Positions 47,010-55,606 of a stretch of DNA of 63,608 nt are shown one piece after another. The stretch lies in assembly GCA_007130825.1 (NCBI GenBank), contig SLRT01000018.1, forward strand, positions 1-63,608, written 5' to 3'. The stretch is from Syntrophomonadaceae bacterium. GTDB lineage: Bacteria > Bacillota > Dethiobacteria > DTU022. A model generated the notes under the pieces. That model did not search any database, was not told the DNA's origin, and saw only the letters and a program-made list of their open reading frames with translations. How positions within the stretch are numbered: the stretch's first letter is position 1; every line of letters begins with the position of its first letter. A program made the translations under genes and the position numbers.

Positions 47010-48005
47010 ATGGATAATTACCGGCGGAAGGATTCCTTCACTGGTCCGTTCACTGGAGGTGGAATTGAAACAGAAAGATTTAATAAATTATATGATCAGG
47101 GACGGAAGCCTGACCTGAAAACGGGAATGCGTCTTTATCTGGTGGTCTTCTTGCTGTTGCTGGTTATCGGATCAGTGGTGCAGGGTTTGAACCTTGAGAT
47201 TGGCATGATTATCACCCAATGGGTGCTGATTCTCCTCCCTGCCCTGTGGATCTTGAATCGTTACCGGGTAGACCGGGTCACTTTTGTTCGTATACGCCCT
47301 TTAAAATTCAGGTTTATTCCGGTTATTATTCTTCTTTCTGCTTCATTCTGGGTGCTGAACATGATTATCGCTGCCGGAATGGTCAGTGGGCTGATGGAAC
47401 TGGGGTATGAGCCAATAGTGGTTCTTGAGCCGCCGCAAACATTTCAGCACTACCTGGTTTACCTGTTTGTTATTTCAATTTCAGCCGGGATATGTGAAGA
47501 GATTTTATTCAGGGGAACGATCATGCCGGCCATGGAGGATCACGGGTTGGTGCCGGCAATTGTATTCAGTTCGCTGTTGTTTGCTCTTTTTCACATATCT
47601 TTTCTCAATCTTATTAGCACATTCATGATTGGAGCGGTGATTGCTGTAGTTGTAATCAAGACCGGGTCGCTTTGGGGCGGTATCTTTTATCATATGTTGA
47701 ATAATTTATTTGCTATCACTTACCTGTACTTTGCCGGTCAGCAGGAAACTGCGACCGAAGTCGATCCGCATGCTTACTGGATTGCCCTTCCCCTGTTGAT
47801 CCTGGCCCTGGCCGGTGCTTATTCCGGCTTAAAATTATTGCAGAAGCACGCAGATGTCAAGCCTCTTTTAAAGGACCGGGCTGCAGGGTGGCTGCCCAGG
47901 GGCTGGTTTAACGGGATTTTGGTCATCGCTTTGTTTTTGTTCCTTTTGATGGCCATGATTGAGCTTGTCGTCGGTTTCGGATGGTTTGGGTTGGATGTGT
48001 TATAG
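47010..48005 (+). CDS. CPBP-family intramembrane glutamic endopeptidase (CAAX protease / bacteriocin-processing type)
   Basis: Polytopic, with motifs EEILFRG, FALFH and HMLNN. Confidence 0.8.
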   Translation: MDNYRRKDSFTGPFTGGGIETERFNKLYDQGRKPDLKTGMRLYLVVFLLLLVIGSVVQGLNLEIGMIITQWVLILLPALWILNRYRVDRVTFVRIRPLKFRFIPVIILLSASFWVLNMIIAAGMVSGLMELGYEPIVVLEPPQTFQHYLVYLFVISISAGICEEILFRGTIMPAMEDHGLVPAIVFSSLLFALFHISFLNLISTFMIGAVIAVVVIKTGSLWGGIFYHMLNNLFAITYLYFAGQQETATEVDPHAYWIALPLLILALAGAYSGLKLLQKHADVKPLLKDRAAGWLPRGWFNGILVIALFLFLLMAMIELVVGFGWFGLDVL

Positions 48006-48059
48006 AGAGCCTGGCAGAAGCTGAAGTGGCTCGTTTAAAAAAAATAAGGAGGTTATAAA

Positions 48060-48578
48060 ATGGGTTTGGAAGGAAAACACCTAGCTGTTTTACTGGAGGA
48101 ACTTTATGAAGATCCAGAGTTTTGGTACCCATATTATCGTTTCCAGGAGGCCGGTGCCAGGGTAACCGCAGTGGCCCCGAAAGTTAAGGAGTATAAAAGC
48201 AAACATGGGTTTCCAGCTACGGCCGATCTGGCTGCAGTTGATGCTGAAGCAGAAAACTTTGATGCGGTAATAATTCCCGGCGGTTATTCACCGGACCACA
48301 TGCGCCGTTCGCGCGAACTGGTAGACTTTTTCAAACAAGCCTATGAACAGGGCAAAATAATCGCCGCCATGTGCCATGGCCCCTGGATGCTGGCATCAAT
48401 TGGGGCGATAAAAAATCGCAAAGTAACCGCGTTTTTCTCGATCAAGGATGATTTAATCAATGCCGGTGCAAATTTTGTCGATGAGGAAGTTGTCCGTGAC
48501 GGCAGTATCATTACTTCTCGCACACCTAAAGATTTGCCCGCCTTTTGCCGGGAGATAATTAAAGCTTTAAGCATTTAA
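48060..48578 (+). CDS. DJ-1/PfpI-family protein (PfpI-type intracellular protease / deglycase)
   Basis: 172 aa. DAVIIPGG and the nucleophile elbow AAMCHGPW. Confidence 0.9.
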   Translation: MGLEGKHLAVLLEELYEDPEFWYPYYRFQEAGARVTAVAPKVKEYKSKHGFPATADLAAVDAEAENFDAVIIPGGYSPDHMRRSRELVDFFKQAYEQGKIIAAMCHGPWMLASIGAIKNRKVTAFFSIKDDLINAGANFVDEEVVRDGSIITSRTPKDLPAFCREIIKALSI

Positions 48579-48580
48579 AT

Positions 48581-48702
48581 TTAAGTGCTGCGCATATTTG
48601 GCAAGATTTTTTAGCGATTCCGACAACGCCTTTTGTAAGCCATGTTTGGAAAAGGTCATTTGCAGTCCAACTTTATGGCACTGGCCTGTTCAGCCGGGAC
48701 AG
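48581..48702 (+). repeat. Dispersed intergenic repeat, copy D
   Basis: TTAAGTGCTGCGCATATTTGGCAAGATTTTTTAGCGATTCCGACAACGCC...AAAAGGTCATTTGCAGTCCAACTTTATGGCACTGGCCTGTTCAGCCGGG. It begins 3 nt after the PfpI-family stop codon. Confidence 0.8.
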
Positions 48703-48748
48703 CTAAAAAACTTAGTTTTAGCCATTGATCACGGAGGAATTACGCATT

Positions 48749-49690
48749 TCATCCGTGGTTTTTTTTGATCTTGAGAAAAGTTCCCCGCTCTTTTTGTTCC
48801 ATTTCAATTATATCCTTGGCCAATAGATGATTGATGTATTTTTGAATCTCTGAGGGTCGCAAGCTTAACATCTGCTGCAGATCTTTTACAGTGCAGGGCC
48901 GCCGGCGCAGGGTTTGCAAAATTTGTCTGCTGTGCGAATCGTTGAAGGTAAAGATTCTTTGGCCGGGTTTAAATGTATCAATTAATTCCGCTTTTTTTAG
49001 GTAAGAGGCGATCTCCTGCATTTTCCGGCTGTCTGCCGGTGTCACCCACTCTTCTGTTCCCGGCCTGTCGAGCGTTCCCAGCTGAATATGGTCCGGCCTG
49101 ATTTTGTCAAGGGCTTTTTTTAATGCGCTGATTTCTTCCGGATAGTCATTCAAACCGGGTGCTATAAAAACCTCCACTATTATTTTACCCATGTATTCAC
49201 TGCGCAGTTTAATCAATCCCTCAATTATATCTGCACATTTAAGATCTGGATGGGGGCGGTTTAACAGTTGGAAAGTTTTTTCAGTGGCTGTGTCCAGTGA
49301 AGGTATGATCAAATCCACGCCACCAGCCTGTTTGCGTACTGCCGCATCGGTAAATAAAGTACCGTTGGTTAGCAGACAAAGACTATAGCGGGGGTAGTTT
49401 TCCTTTAAAAAGTCTATTATTTCCCCCAAACCGGCATGGAGTGTTGGCTCACCGGAACCGGAAAAGGTGATGTAATCGAGATGTGGTTTATTTTCAAGAT
49501 AGTCACCCAGTTCTTCACGTACTTCAGCAGGCGGAACGTATTCCTTTCTTTCGACGGTACAATTAGTTGTTTTACCGCATTCACAATACACGCAGTCCAG
49601 GGTGCAGGTTTTAAGGCGGACCAAATCGACGCCGAGCGATACACCCAGCCGCCGTGAAGGCACAGGACCAAAAAGATGGCGGTATTTCAT
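48749..49690 (-). CDS. Radical-SAM protein (COG0731-like) with a C-terminal winged-helix-like tail
   Basis: MKYRHLFGPVPSRRLGVSLGVDL...CTLDCVYCECG (CxxxCxxC). The C-terminal tail of about 70 aa reads ILQTLRRRPCTVKDLQQMLSLRPSEIQKYINHLLAKDII. Confidence 0.85.
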   Translation of the reverse strand: MKYRHLFGPVPSRRLGVSLGVDLVRLKTCTLDCVYCECGKTTNCTVERKEYVPPAEVREELGDYLENKPHLDYITFSGSGEPTLHAGLGEIIDFLKENYPRYSLCLLTNGTLFTDAAVRKQAGGVDLIIPSLDTATEKTFQLLNRPHPDLKCADIIEGLIKLRSEYMGKIIVEVFIAPGLNDYPEEISALKKALDKIRPDHIQLGTLDRPGTEEWVTPADSRKMQEIASYLKKAELIDTFKPGQRIFTFNDSHSRQILQTLRRRPCTVKDLQQMLSLRPSEIQKYINHLLAKDIIEMEQKERGTFLKIKKNHG

Positions 49691-49824
49691 CGCTATCTAC
49701 CTCTTTTGTTATTTTTGATGATCCAGCTACCGGTAGTTGTTACCGATAAAAATAGCGGAATAGACCACCTGCTATATTCTGACTGGTAGCTGCAGATACG
49801 TTTTTAATATAACAAAAATTATTA

Positions 49825-49853
49825 TTGATGTATACCCATAAATCGGTTATAAT
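49825..49853 (+). promoter_or_regulatory. Sigma-A-type promoter of the NifX-like/ORP-like cluster
   Basis: TTGATG, a 17-nt spacer, then TATAAT. A TATACCCAT box lies in the spacer (49831-49839) and a second copy lies 34 nt downstream (49865-49873). Confidence 0.5.
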
Positions 49854-49897
49854 GATAATAGATATATACCCATTATTGGAGGAAGAAGGTGACCAGG

Positions 49898-50275
49898 ATG
49901 AAATTGGCAGTATGTGCTCAGGAGGAAAGTCTGGCAGCAGAAGTAGATCAACGCTTTGGCCGTTGTCCCTGCTTTGTGGTGGTAGACTCCGAAAGCGGTG
50001 AAATGATCAATTCAATCTGTAATGTTCATGCGGAAGCGGCGGGTGGAGCAGGACCGCAGTGCGCCCAGCTGCTAGCAGAAAGCGGTGTTGAGGCCGTAGC
50101 GCTGGGAAATGTAGGTCCGAAAGCGGCAACAGCTCTTGAAGCAGCAAAAATTATGATCTATACCGGTGTAGAAGGAACAGTAGAAAATACTGTGCAAAGA
50201 TTCAATGAAGGTAAGCTTTCGCCAGTTTCTCAGGCGACAGTTTCCGCCCATTCAGGGTTGAGAGGAAAACGGTAA
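49898..50275 (+). CDS. NifX/NifB-C-terminal-like (dinitrogenase FeMo-cofactor-binding fold; orange-protein family) protein 1
   Basis: MKLAVCAQEESLAAEVDQRFGRCPCFVVVD...GAGPQCAQLLAESGVEAVALGNVGPKA is the classic family pattern. The ORF track starts at GTG 49889. Confidence 0.8.
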   Translation: MKLAVCAQEESLAAEVDQRFGRCPCFVVVDSESGEMINSICNVHAEAAGGAGPQCAQLLAESGVEAVALGNVGPKAATALEAAKIMIYTGVEGTVENTVQRFNEGKLSPVSQATVSAHSGLRGKR

Positions 50276-50334
50276 AAAGGCTGGTGTTTTAGCCCAAAAA
50301 TGGTATATTTTGAAAAATATATGATTCAGGGGGT

Positions 50335-50697
50335 ATGATACCGATGATAGTTGCTGTTGCAACAGATGGAAACATGGTAGCGCAACATTTCGGGCGTTGT
50401 TCCGAATACACCCTATTTAAGATTGGTGACGGTGTAATCAACGAAGTAAATGTTATTGCCAATCCCGGCCATGAACCCGGCTTCCTGCCCGGTTACCTGG
50501 CCCAAATGGGGGTTAAATGTATCATTGCCGGAGGAATGGGACCCCGGGCCCAGTCTCTTTTTGCTGAAAAAAATATTGAAACCTGTGTGGGTGCCGCCGG
50601 TCCAACCAGGGATGTTGCAGAAGCTTACCTGTCCGGTAATCTTCAAACAGGAGTGAGCAGGTGTGATCATCAGTATGGCGGCCATAATTGTGACTGA
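50335..50697 (+). CDS. NifX/NifB-C-terminal-like (orange-protein family) protein 2
   Basis: IVAVATDGNMVAQHFGRCSEYTLFKI...GHEPGFLPGYLAQMGVKCIIAGGMGPRA. Confidence 0.8.
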   Translation: MIPMIVAVATDGNMVAQHFGRCSEYTLFKIGDGVINEVNVIANPGHEPGFLPGYLAQMGVKCIIAGGMGPRAQSLFAEKNIETCVGAAGPTRDVAEAYLSGNLQTGVSRCDHQYGGHNCD

Positions 50698-50735
50698 CTG
50701 TTTAAGGAAAATGAAAAGGAAAGGAGGTTGTGACT

Positions 50736-51068
50736 ATGCCTGGCTTTGATGGAACTGGTCCGATGGGTAGGGGGCCGGGTACAGGCGGAGGATTCGGTGT
50801 ATGCAGAGGTAGCCGGTTTTATCCGGGAGGCTCCAGAAGAGGCGGCTTCGGCTGCGGTCCTGGTTGGGGCCGCAGTTGGGGCCTCAGATGGGGGCCCTGC
50901 CACTGGTGGTCGTCTGCAACGGCTCCATATTACGGCCCTGCCTGGTCCGGACTGGAAGAAGAAAAAGCTTTCTTGAAAGAGCAGAAAGAACAGTTGAAAG
51001 CTGAAATGGCTGAAATGGAAAAACGGATGGCCGAGCTGGAAGAAGCAGCAGGTTCTGATCAGGATTAA
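50736..51068 (+). CDS. DUF5320-like protein (Gly/Arg/Trp-rich N-terminus, coiled-coil C-terminus)
   Basis: MPGFDGTGPMGRGPGTGGGFG... then EEEKAFLKEQKEQLKAEMAEMEKRMAELEE. The ATG at 50736 lies 8 nt after AGGAGG. Confidence 0.7.
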   Translation: MPGFDGTGPMGRGPGTGGGFGVCRGSRFYPGGSRRGGFGCGPGWGRSWGLRWGPCHWWSSATAPYYGPAWSGLEEEKAFLKEQKEQLKAEMAEMEKRMAELEEAAGSDQD

Positions 51069-51106
51069 GTAATTTTTCACCAGTTGCCTCTCCTCAGCTC
51101 CGGGCT

Positions 51107-51180
51107 GGAGGTGAGAAGTTAGAAAAAAGACAGCTTGCTTTTAGTTGTTCCGGTTAATAACCTTGACACTTCTCACCTCC
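51107..51180 (+). promoter_or_regulatory. 13-bp perfect inverted repeat pairing a Shine-Dalgarno-like GGAGGTGAGAAGT with ACTTCTCACCTCC
   Basis: Arms at 51107-51119 and 51168-51180, with a 48-nt loop. It lies in the 170-nt gap between the DUF5320 gene and the first ATPase gene. An upstream CCTCAGC/GCTGGAGG hairpin competes for the left arm. Confidence 0.4.
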
Positions 51181-51238
51181 AATTTCGTATTTTTATCTAG
51201 CTGTCAATGTGTACTACAGGAAGCGGAGAGATTAAATA

Positions 51239-52102
51239 ATGAATATAGTTGTTGCCAGCGGTAAGGGTGGGACCGGAAAGACGACCGTGGCTGTTAACCT
51301 GGCCCTGGCCCTCGATCAAGAAAAAACACAGCTGCTTGACTGCGACGTGGAAGAACCAAATGCCCACCTGTTTTTGAAGCCTGTTTTTGATAAATCCCGG
51401 GAAGTTGGCATTCCCGTGCCGGCAATAAATCTGGCACAGTGCAGCTTTTGCGGCCGTTGCTCCGAAGTATGTGCATTTAATGCCCTGGCGGTGTTAAAAA
51501 ATCAGGTAATGGTTTTCGAGGAGCTTTGCCACGGCTGCGGCGGTTGTGCCTACCTGTGCCCTGAAAGAGCAATTACCGAGCGCCATCGCCCGATCGGTAT
51601 CGTCGAGAGCGGCAAGGCAGGTAAACTTGATTATGGCCATGGCCGTTTGAACCCCGGTGAAGCAATGTCGCCTCCGCTGATTAATGCGGTAAAAAAAATG
51701 AGCAATCCTGAAAAGATAACTATTATTGATGCTCCGCCCGGGACATCGTGCCCTGTTGTCAGTGCTGTTAAAGGCTGCGATTATTGTGTGCTGGTGACAG
51801 AGCCCACTCCTTTTGGTTTAAATGACCTGGATCTTGCCTTTCAAATGGTAAATAAGCTCGATATTCCGGCCGGAGCTGTCATAAACCGCAGCGACCTCGG
51901 CGACGGTAAAGTAGAAGAATACTGTCAAATAAAAAACCTCCCTTTACTGCAAAAAATACCTTTTGACAGGGCACTGGCTGAATTGTATGCCTGCGGGGAA
52001 CCGGTGGTTTTACATCGATCTGCATGGCGCAACCGGTTCAGGGAGTTATTTACTAGTATTGCAGAGAGGCAGAAGGAGGTAGTCCGGTGGCGAAATATTT
52101 GA
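51239..52102 (+). CDS. MinD/ParA(CbiA)-type P-loop ATPase with an inserted 2x[4Fe-4S] ferredoxin domain, copy 1
   Basis: Deviant Walker A SGKGGTGKTT. The Fe-S motifs are CSFCGRCSEVC and CHGCGGCAYLCP. Confidence 0.85.
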   Translation: MNIVVASGKGGTGKTTVAVNLALALDQEKTQLLDCDVEEPNAHLFLKPVFDKSREVGIPVPAINLAQCSFCGRCSEVCAFNALAVLKNQVMVFEELCHGCGGCAYLCPERAITERHRPIGIVESGKAGKLDYGHGRLNPGEAMSPPLINAVKKMSNPEKITIIDAPPGTSCPVVSAVKGCDYCVLVTEPTPFGLNDLDLAFQMVNKLDIPAGAVINRSDLGDGKVEEYCQIKNLPLLQKIPFDRALAELYACGEPVVLHRSAWRNRFRELFTSIAERQKEVVRWRNI

Positions 52103-52962
52103 AGAAGCTGACCGTGATTAGCGGCAAAGGCGGAACGGGTAAAACTTCACTGGCAGGTTCTTTTGCCGCCTTGATCAGTCAGAAAGTGGTTATAGTAGAC
52201 GCTGATGTTGATGCAGCAAACTTAAGCCTGATAACCGGAACTGAGTTGCTTGAAAAGCACGAATTTCGAGCGTCAAAGGTTGCTGTTGTTGATCCTGAAA
52301 AATGCGCCGGCTGTGGACTTTGCCGGGACCTATGCCGTTTTGAGGCTGTTTCTGAGAATTTCTTTGTCAACCCGGTAGATTGTGAAGGCTGTGCTTTATG
52401 TGCTTATGCCTGCCCGCAGGAAGCGATCAGTATGGAAGAAAAAGTATCAGGGCAATGGTTTGTTTCACAAACCCCTTATGGAAATCTTGTCCATGCCCGC
52501 CTGGGGATAGCCGAAGAAAACTCCGGGAAGCTGGTTACGACTGTTCGTAATCGGGGTCAGGAGCTGGCGGAAACCGGTGGTAAAGAATATCTGCTCATTG
52601 ACGGTCCTCCCGGTATTGGCTGCCCGGTAATTGCTTCGCTGGCCGGAGTTGATGCTGCCCTGATCGTTATTGAACCCACCTTGTCAGGTATTCATGATCT
52701 AGAAAGGGTATTGTCTGTGTGCAGTTATTTTGGAATTACGGCAGCTGTCTGTATCAATCGTTATGATATGGGAATGACCCAGTCGGCATTGATCGAAGAT
52801 TACTGCCGGCAGGAAGACATCGTTATGGCCGGTAAAATTCCTTTCGATCGCGCTTTTGTCGAGGCTATGGTCCAGGGTTTGCCTGTAATAGAATATACAA
52901 ACGGGCTGCTTTGCAGGAAAATAAGCAGTTTATGGGATAAATTTACAGCCATCCTCAAATAG
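52087..52962 (+). CDS. MinD/ParA(CbiA)-type P-loop ATPase with an inserted 2x[4Fe-4S] ferredoxin domain, copy 2
   Basis: SGKGGTGKTS, CAGCGLCRDLC and CEGCALCAYACP. The GTG start overlaps the upstream gene by 16 nt. Confidence 0.85.
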   Translation: MAKYLKKLTVISGKGGTGKTSLAGSFAALISQKVVIVDADVDAANLSLITGTELLEKHEFRASKVAVVDPEKCAGCGLCRDLCRFEAVSENFFVNPVDCEGCALCAYACPQEAISMEEKVSGQWFVSQTPYGNLVHARLGIAEENSGKLVTTVRNRGQELAETGGKEYLLIDGPPGIGCPVIASLAGVDAALIVIEPTLSGIHDLERVLSVCSYFGITAAVCINRYDMGMTQSALIEDYCRQEDIVMAGKIPFDRAFVEAMVQGLPVIEYTNGLLCRKISSLWDKFTAILK

Positions 52963-53031
52963 TTGTGTTGTCACATATTTTTTGCTAAAATAAAATGCAA
53001 TCAATTAAATAAGTTTAGAGGGGTTTTAAGT

Positions 53032-53442
53032 ATGCCGCGTCCATTTAAACCACGTCGGGTGAGCACGATGCCCCGTTACACTTATTTCAAGCCGACAGGA
53101 ATTCCGATGCCTTTGCTGGACGAAGTTGTACTTACTGTTGATGAGATAGAGGCTATTCGGTTAAAAGATCTGGAAAAATTAGAGCAGCAGGAATGTGCAG
53201 TTCGCATGAATGTAGCCCAAAGCACATTACAGCGTATTCTTGCTTCGGCCCGTGAAAAAATAGCCCTGTCGATTATCGAGGGGAAAGCCATGCGTATCCA
53301 CGGTGGTCCTTTTGCCATCGAAGGTGAGCCCACCTGCCCGCGCTGTCGTCGTCGCAGATTCGGCCAGAAACCTCCACCTAAAGCTGATACTCCCGGTATT
53401 GGCGAAGAATATTGCCCGGAATGCGGCAGTGAAGAAGAATAG
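53032..53442 (+). CDS. DUF134/UPF0251-family putative DNA-binding protein with a C-terminal CxxC...CxxC tail
   Basis: MPRPFKPRRV...YFKPTGIP...LTVDEIEAIRLKDLEKLEQQECAVRMNVAQSTLQRIL (HTH-like), then CPRCRRRR...CPECG. The ORF track starts at 52963. Confidence 0.8.
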   Translation: MPRPFKPRRVSTMPRYTYFKPTGIPMPLLDEVVLTVDEIEAIRLKDLEKLEQQECAVRMNVAQSTLQRILASAREKIALSIIEGKAMRIHGGPFAIEGEPTCPRCRRRRFGQKPPPKADTPGIGEEYCPECGSEEE

Positions 53443-53585
53443 TATTTCTGCAAAATATAACTGCGCTGTTTTCCACTGTTATCAAAGGCTAAAACAGAAA
53501 AAATGATCGTGTCTGGAGCAAGAACAGGTTTACCTGGCTCTAATATTTCATGGTCATTCAGATCGGAGCACTCCCCCGGCTGTCG

Positions 53586-54488
53586 CTATAAGGCGCCCGG
53601 GGTTTTAATCAGGTGGGGCAGGATATGTTTACGCAGTTCTTTAACGGCCATAGTTCCGGTAATATGACCTTTGTCGATTACCGCGACGGGATAGTTCTTA
53701 TATGTTTCCATTTGTCTTTCAAAACGAATAACCTGGTCATAGCGGGCCAGCAGGGGAAAAAGGTTTTGATCTTTAACCTTGAAAAATAGATTATCAAAGT
53801 TTAGCGCTTTTGTAACCGCAGCCGGATTATCATGGACCGGGTTACCGGTAAGTTTTCTGTATACGGAATTGATGAAAACGTCATCCGGTGCTGTGCCGGC
53901 CAGCATCGGGAGATAAGTGCCTGCGGTGTTGCAATAAATTCGATGCAAATTGGTTACCCAACCTCCGAGGCTGATTCCCGAAACCACCACCCGGCTTCCC
54001 TTGCGCGCAGCGTAATTTGTCAGCGCTTCTACCAAATGCACCGATACAGCTAACAGGGCTTTGAAATTTGCCAGGTTGGCAATTTTTTTGATGTAGAGTT
54101 TATAAGAGCAGTGATAGGGGGCCCGAACAGCAATCAGGTTGGCCGGAATATCATTTTTTATTGCCAGGAAGATATCCCGGAAAGAACTTTTTCCAAGCGG
54201 CCTTCTACTGAAAGGCCTTTCATTGTTGCCGTGGTGGTAAATAAGGGTCGGGTACTGGTTGCCCCGCCACTCGGCGATATGAAATGCAGGGTCAAGTTCA
54301 CCGACCGCTGTCTGAGCGGGCGTTTCGTAATAACCTTCGCCCTCAATATCGGGCCATTTGAAGGTAACTGAATTTAAAAGTTCCTCATATGTGGGGCTTT
54401 CGATACTATTTCGAAATAGCTTGCTTTTACTAAATAACACAGATCCAAAATTAACAGAAAAACTGTCGATTAAAGCATGCTTGTTCAT
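53586..54488 (-). CDS. Alpha/beta-hydrolase-fold protein (function unknown)
   Basis: The nucleophile elbow is GISLGGW and the size fits the fold. The ATG at 54488 follows GAGGAG; the ORF track extends to 54542. Confidence 0.6.
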   Translation of the reverse strand: MNKHALIDSFSVNFGSVLFSKSKLFRNSIESPTYEELLNSVTFKWPDIEGEGYYETPAQTAVGELDPAFHIAEWRGNQYPTLIYHHGNNERPFSRRPLGKSSFRDIFLAIKNDIPANLIAVRAPYHCSYKLYIKKIANLANFKALLAVSVHLVEALTNYAARKGSRVVVSGISLGGWVTNLHRIYCNTAGTYLPMLAGTAPDDVFINSVYRKLTGNPVHDNPAAVTKALNFDNLFFKVKDQNLFPLLARYDQVIRFERQMETYKNYPVAVIDKGHITGTMAVKELRKHILPHLIKTPGAL

Positions 54489-54664
54489 TGTGCCGATTCT
54501 CCTCAGTAATTTAATTAAACAGCCGCAGTTATTTTCCTGCATTTTTATCGGACGCTTTTTTTAATATGTTTAAGGTTTGACCGATTTTGCTCTTGCCAGT
54601 TGGGCTGCAAAGTAATAAGCTCTAGATGTCATTTGTATATTTTGATCATCAATGAGGCGTTCAG

Positions 54665-55606
54665 GTGAAAGTTTCAATAGGAAATGCAAATCAGAATACG
54701 GCGGGTATTTTCTATGCCCTTTCTGCTTATGTTTTGTGGGGCATGTTACCCCTTTACTGGAAATTATTAGAAGATGTTACGGCTATAGAAATTCTGGCTC
54801 ATCGGATCTTGTGGTCCTTTGTATTAATGAGCCTGGTAGTTTTTTTTACCGGAGGATGGAAAAGTATAGTAGTTGCACTGGTTGATAAAAAGAAACTTTT
54901 ATTAATTTTTCTTTGCGGTTTTGTGGTCAGCTTGAACTGGTTTACTTATATTTATGCTGTCAACAGCGGTTTTGTTATTGAAGCGAGTATGGGGTATTAC
55001 ATTAATCCCCTGGTCGTAGTTTTGCTCGGGGTTACTGTGTTCAGGGAAAAGCTGGGCCGCTGGCAGCTTGCGGCGCTGTCACTTGCCGCCCTGGGAGTTT
55101 TGATTATTGCCGTGCAGTACGGCAGAATTCCCTGGATAGCTATTTTGCTGGCCGGTTCTTTCGCTGCATATGGCTTAATTAAAAAGATAGTCCACATGAA
55201 TCCGGTAAGCGGCCTGACTTTAGAAACATTTATTGTTATGCCCTTTGCCCTGCTTTTTATCGTCAATTTAGAAACTGCCGGGACCGGCGCTTTGGGCACG
55301 GTACCGATCCCGACCAAGCTTATCCTGGTCGGTGCAGGGCTTATTACTGCTACTCCACTATTTCTATTTGCCCGGGGCATTGAAAGAACCACTTTTTCGA
55401 TGATCGGTTTTTTGCAATATATTGCGCCTACAATTACCCTTTTCCTGGGGGTTTTTATCTTCACAGAGCATTTTTCACTTCCGCACCTGGTCAGTTTCTG
55501 TTTTATCTGGATCGCTTTGATTATTTTCACCCTGGCCAATGTGGGGATATTGAAAGAGCAGTCAAATATTAAAACTAAAGATTTTGTTTCCCACAAGGAA
55601 GCCTGA
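54665..55606 (+). CDS. rarD: RarD-type EamA/DMT-family transporter
   Basis: 313 aa and 10 TM. GIFYALSAYVLWGMLPLYWKLL...HRILWS is the RarD-type N-terminus. Confidence 0.8.
   Translation: MKVSIGNANQNTAGIFYALSAYVLWGMLPLYWKLLEDVTAIEILAHRILWSFVLMSLVVFFTGGWKSIVVALVDKKKLLLIFLCGFVVSLNWFTYIYAVNSGFVIEASMGYYINPLVVVLLGVTVFREKLGRWQLAALSLAALGVLIIAVQYGRIPWIAILLAGSFAAYGLIKKIVHMNPVSGLTLETFIVMPFALLFIVNLETAGTGALGTVPIPTKLILVGAGLITATPLFLFARGIERTTFSMIGFLQYIAPTITLFLGVFIFTEHFSLPHLVSFCFIWIALIIFTLANVGILKEQSNIKTKDFVSHKEA

Noticed and set aside
50670-51080. 136-aa minus-strand ORF and a 76-aa alternative plus-frame ORF over the DUF5320 gene.
   Set aside because: The GGN-rich coding sequence is open in several frames. 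Only the MPGFDGTGPMGRGPG... frame has a strong RBS and the family-typical Gly-rich head plus coiled-coil tail.
54997-55596. 199-aa minus-strand ORF.
   Set aside because: It is antisense to the well-supported 10-TM RarD-type transporter and has no independent support.
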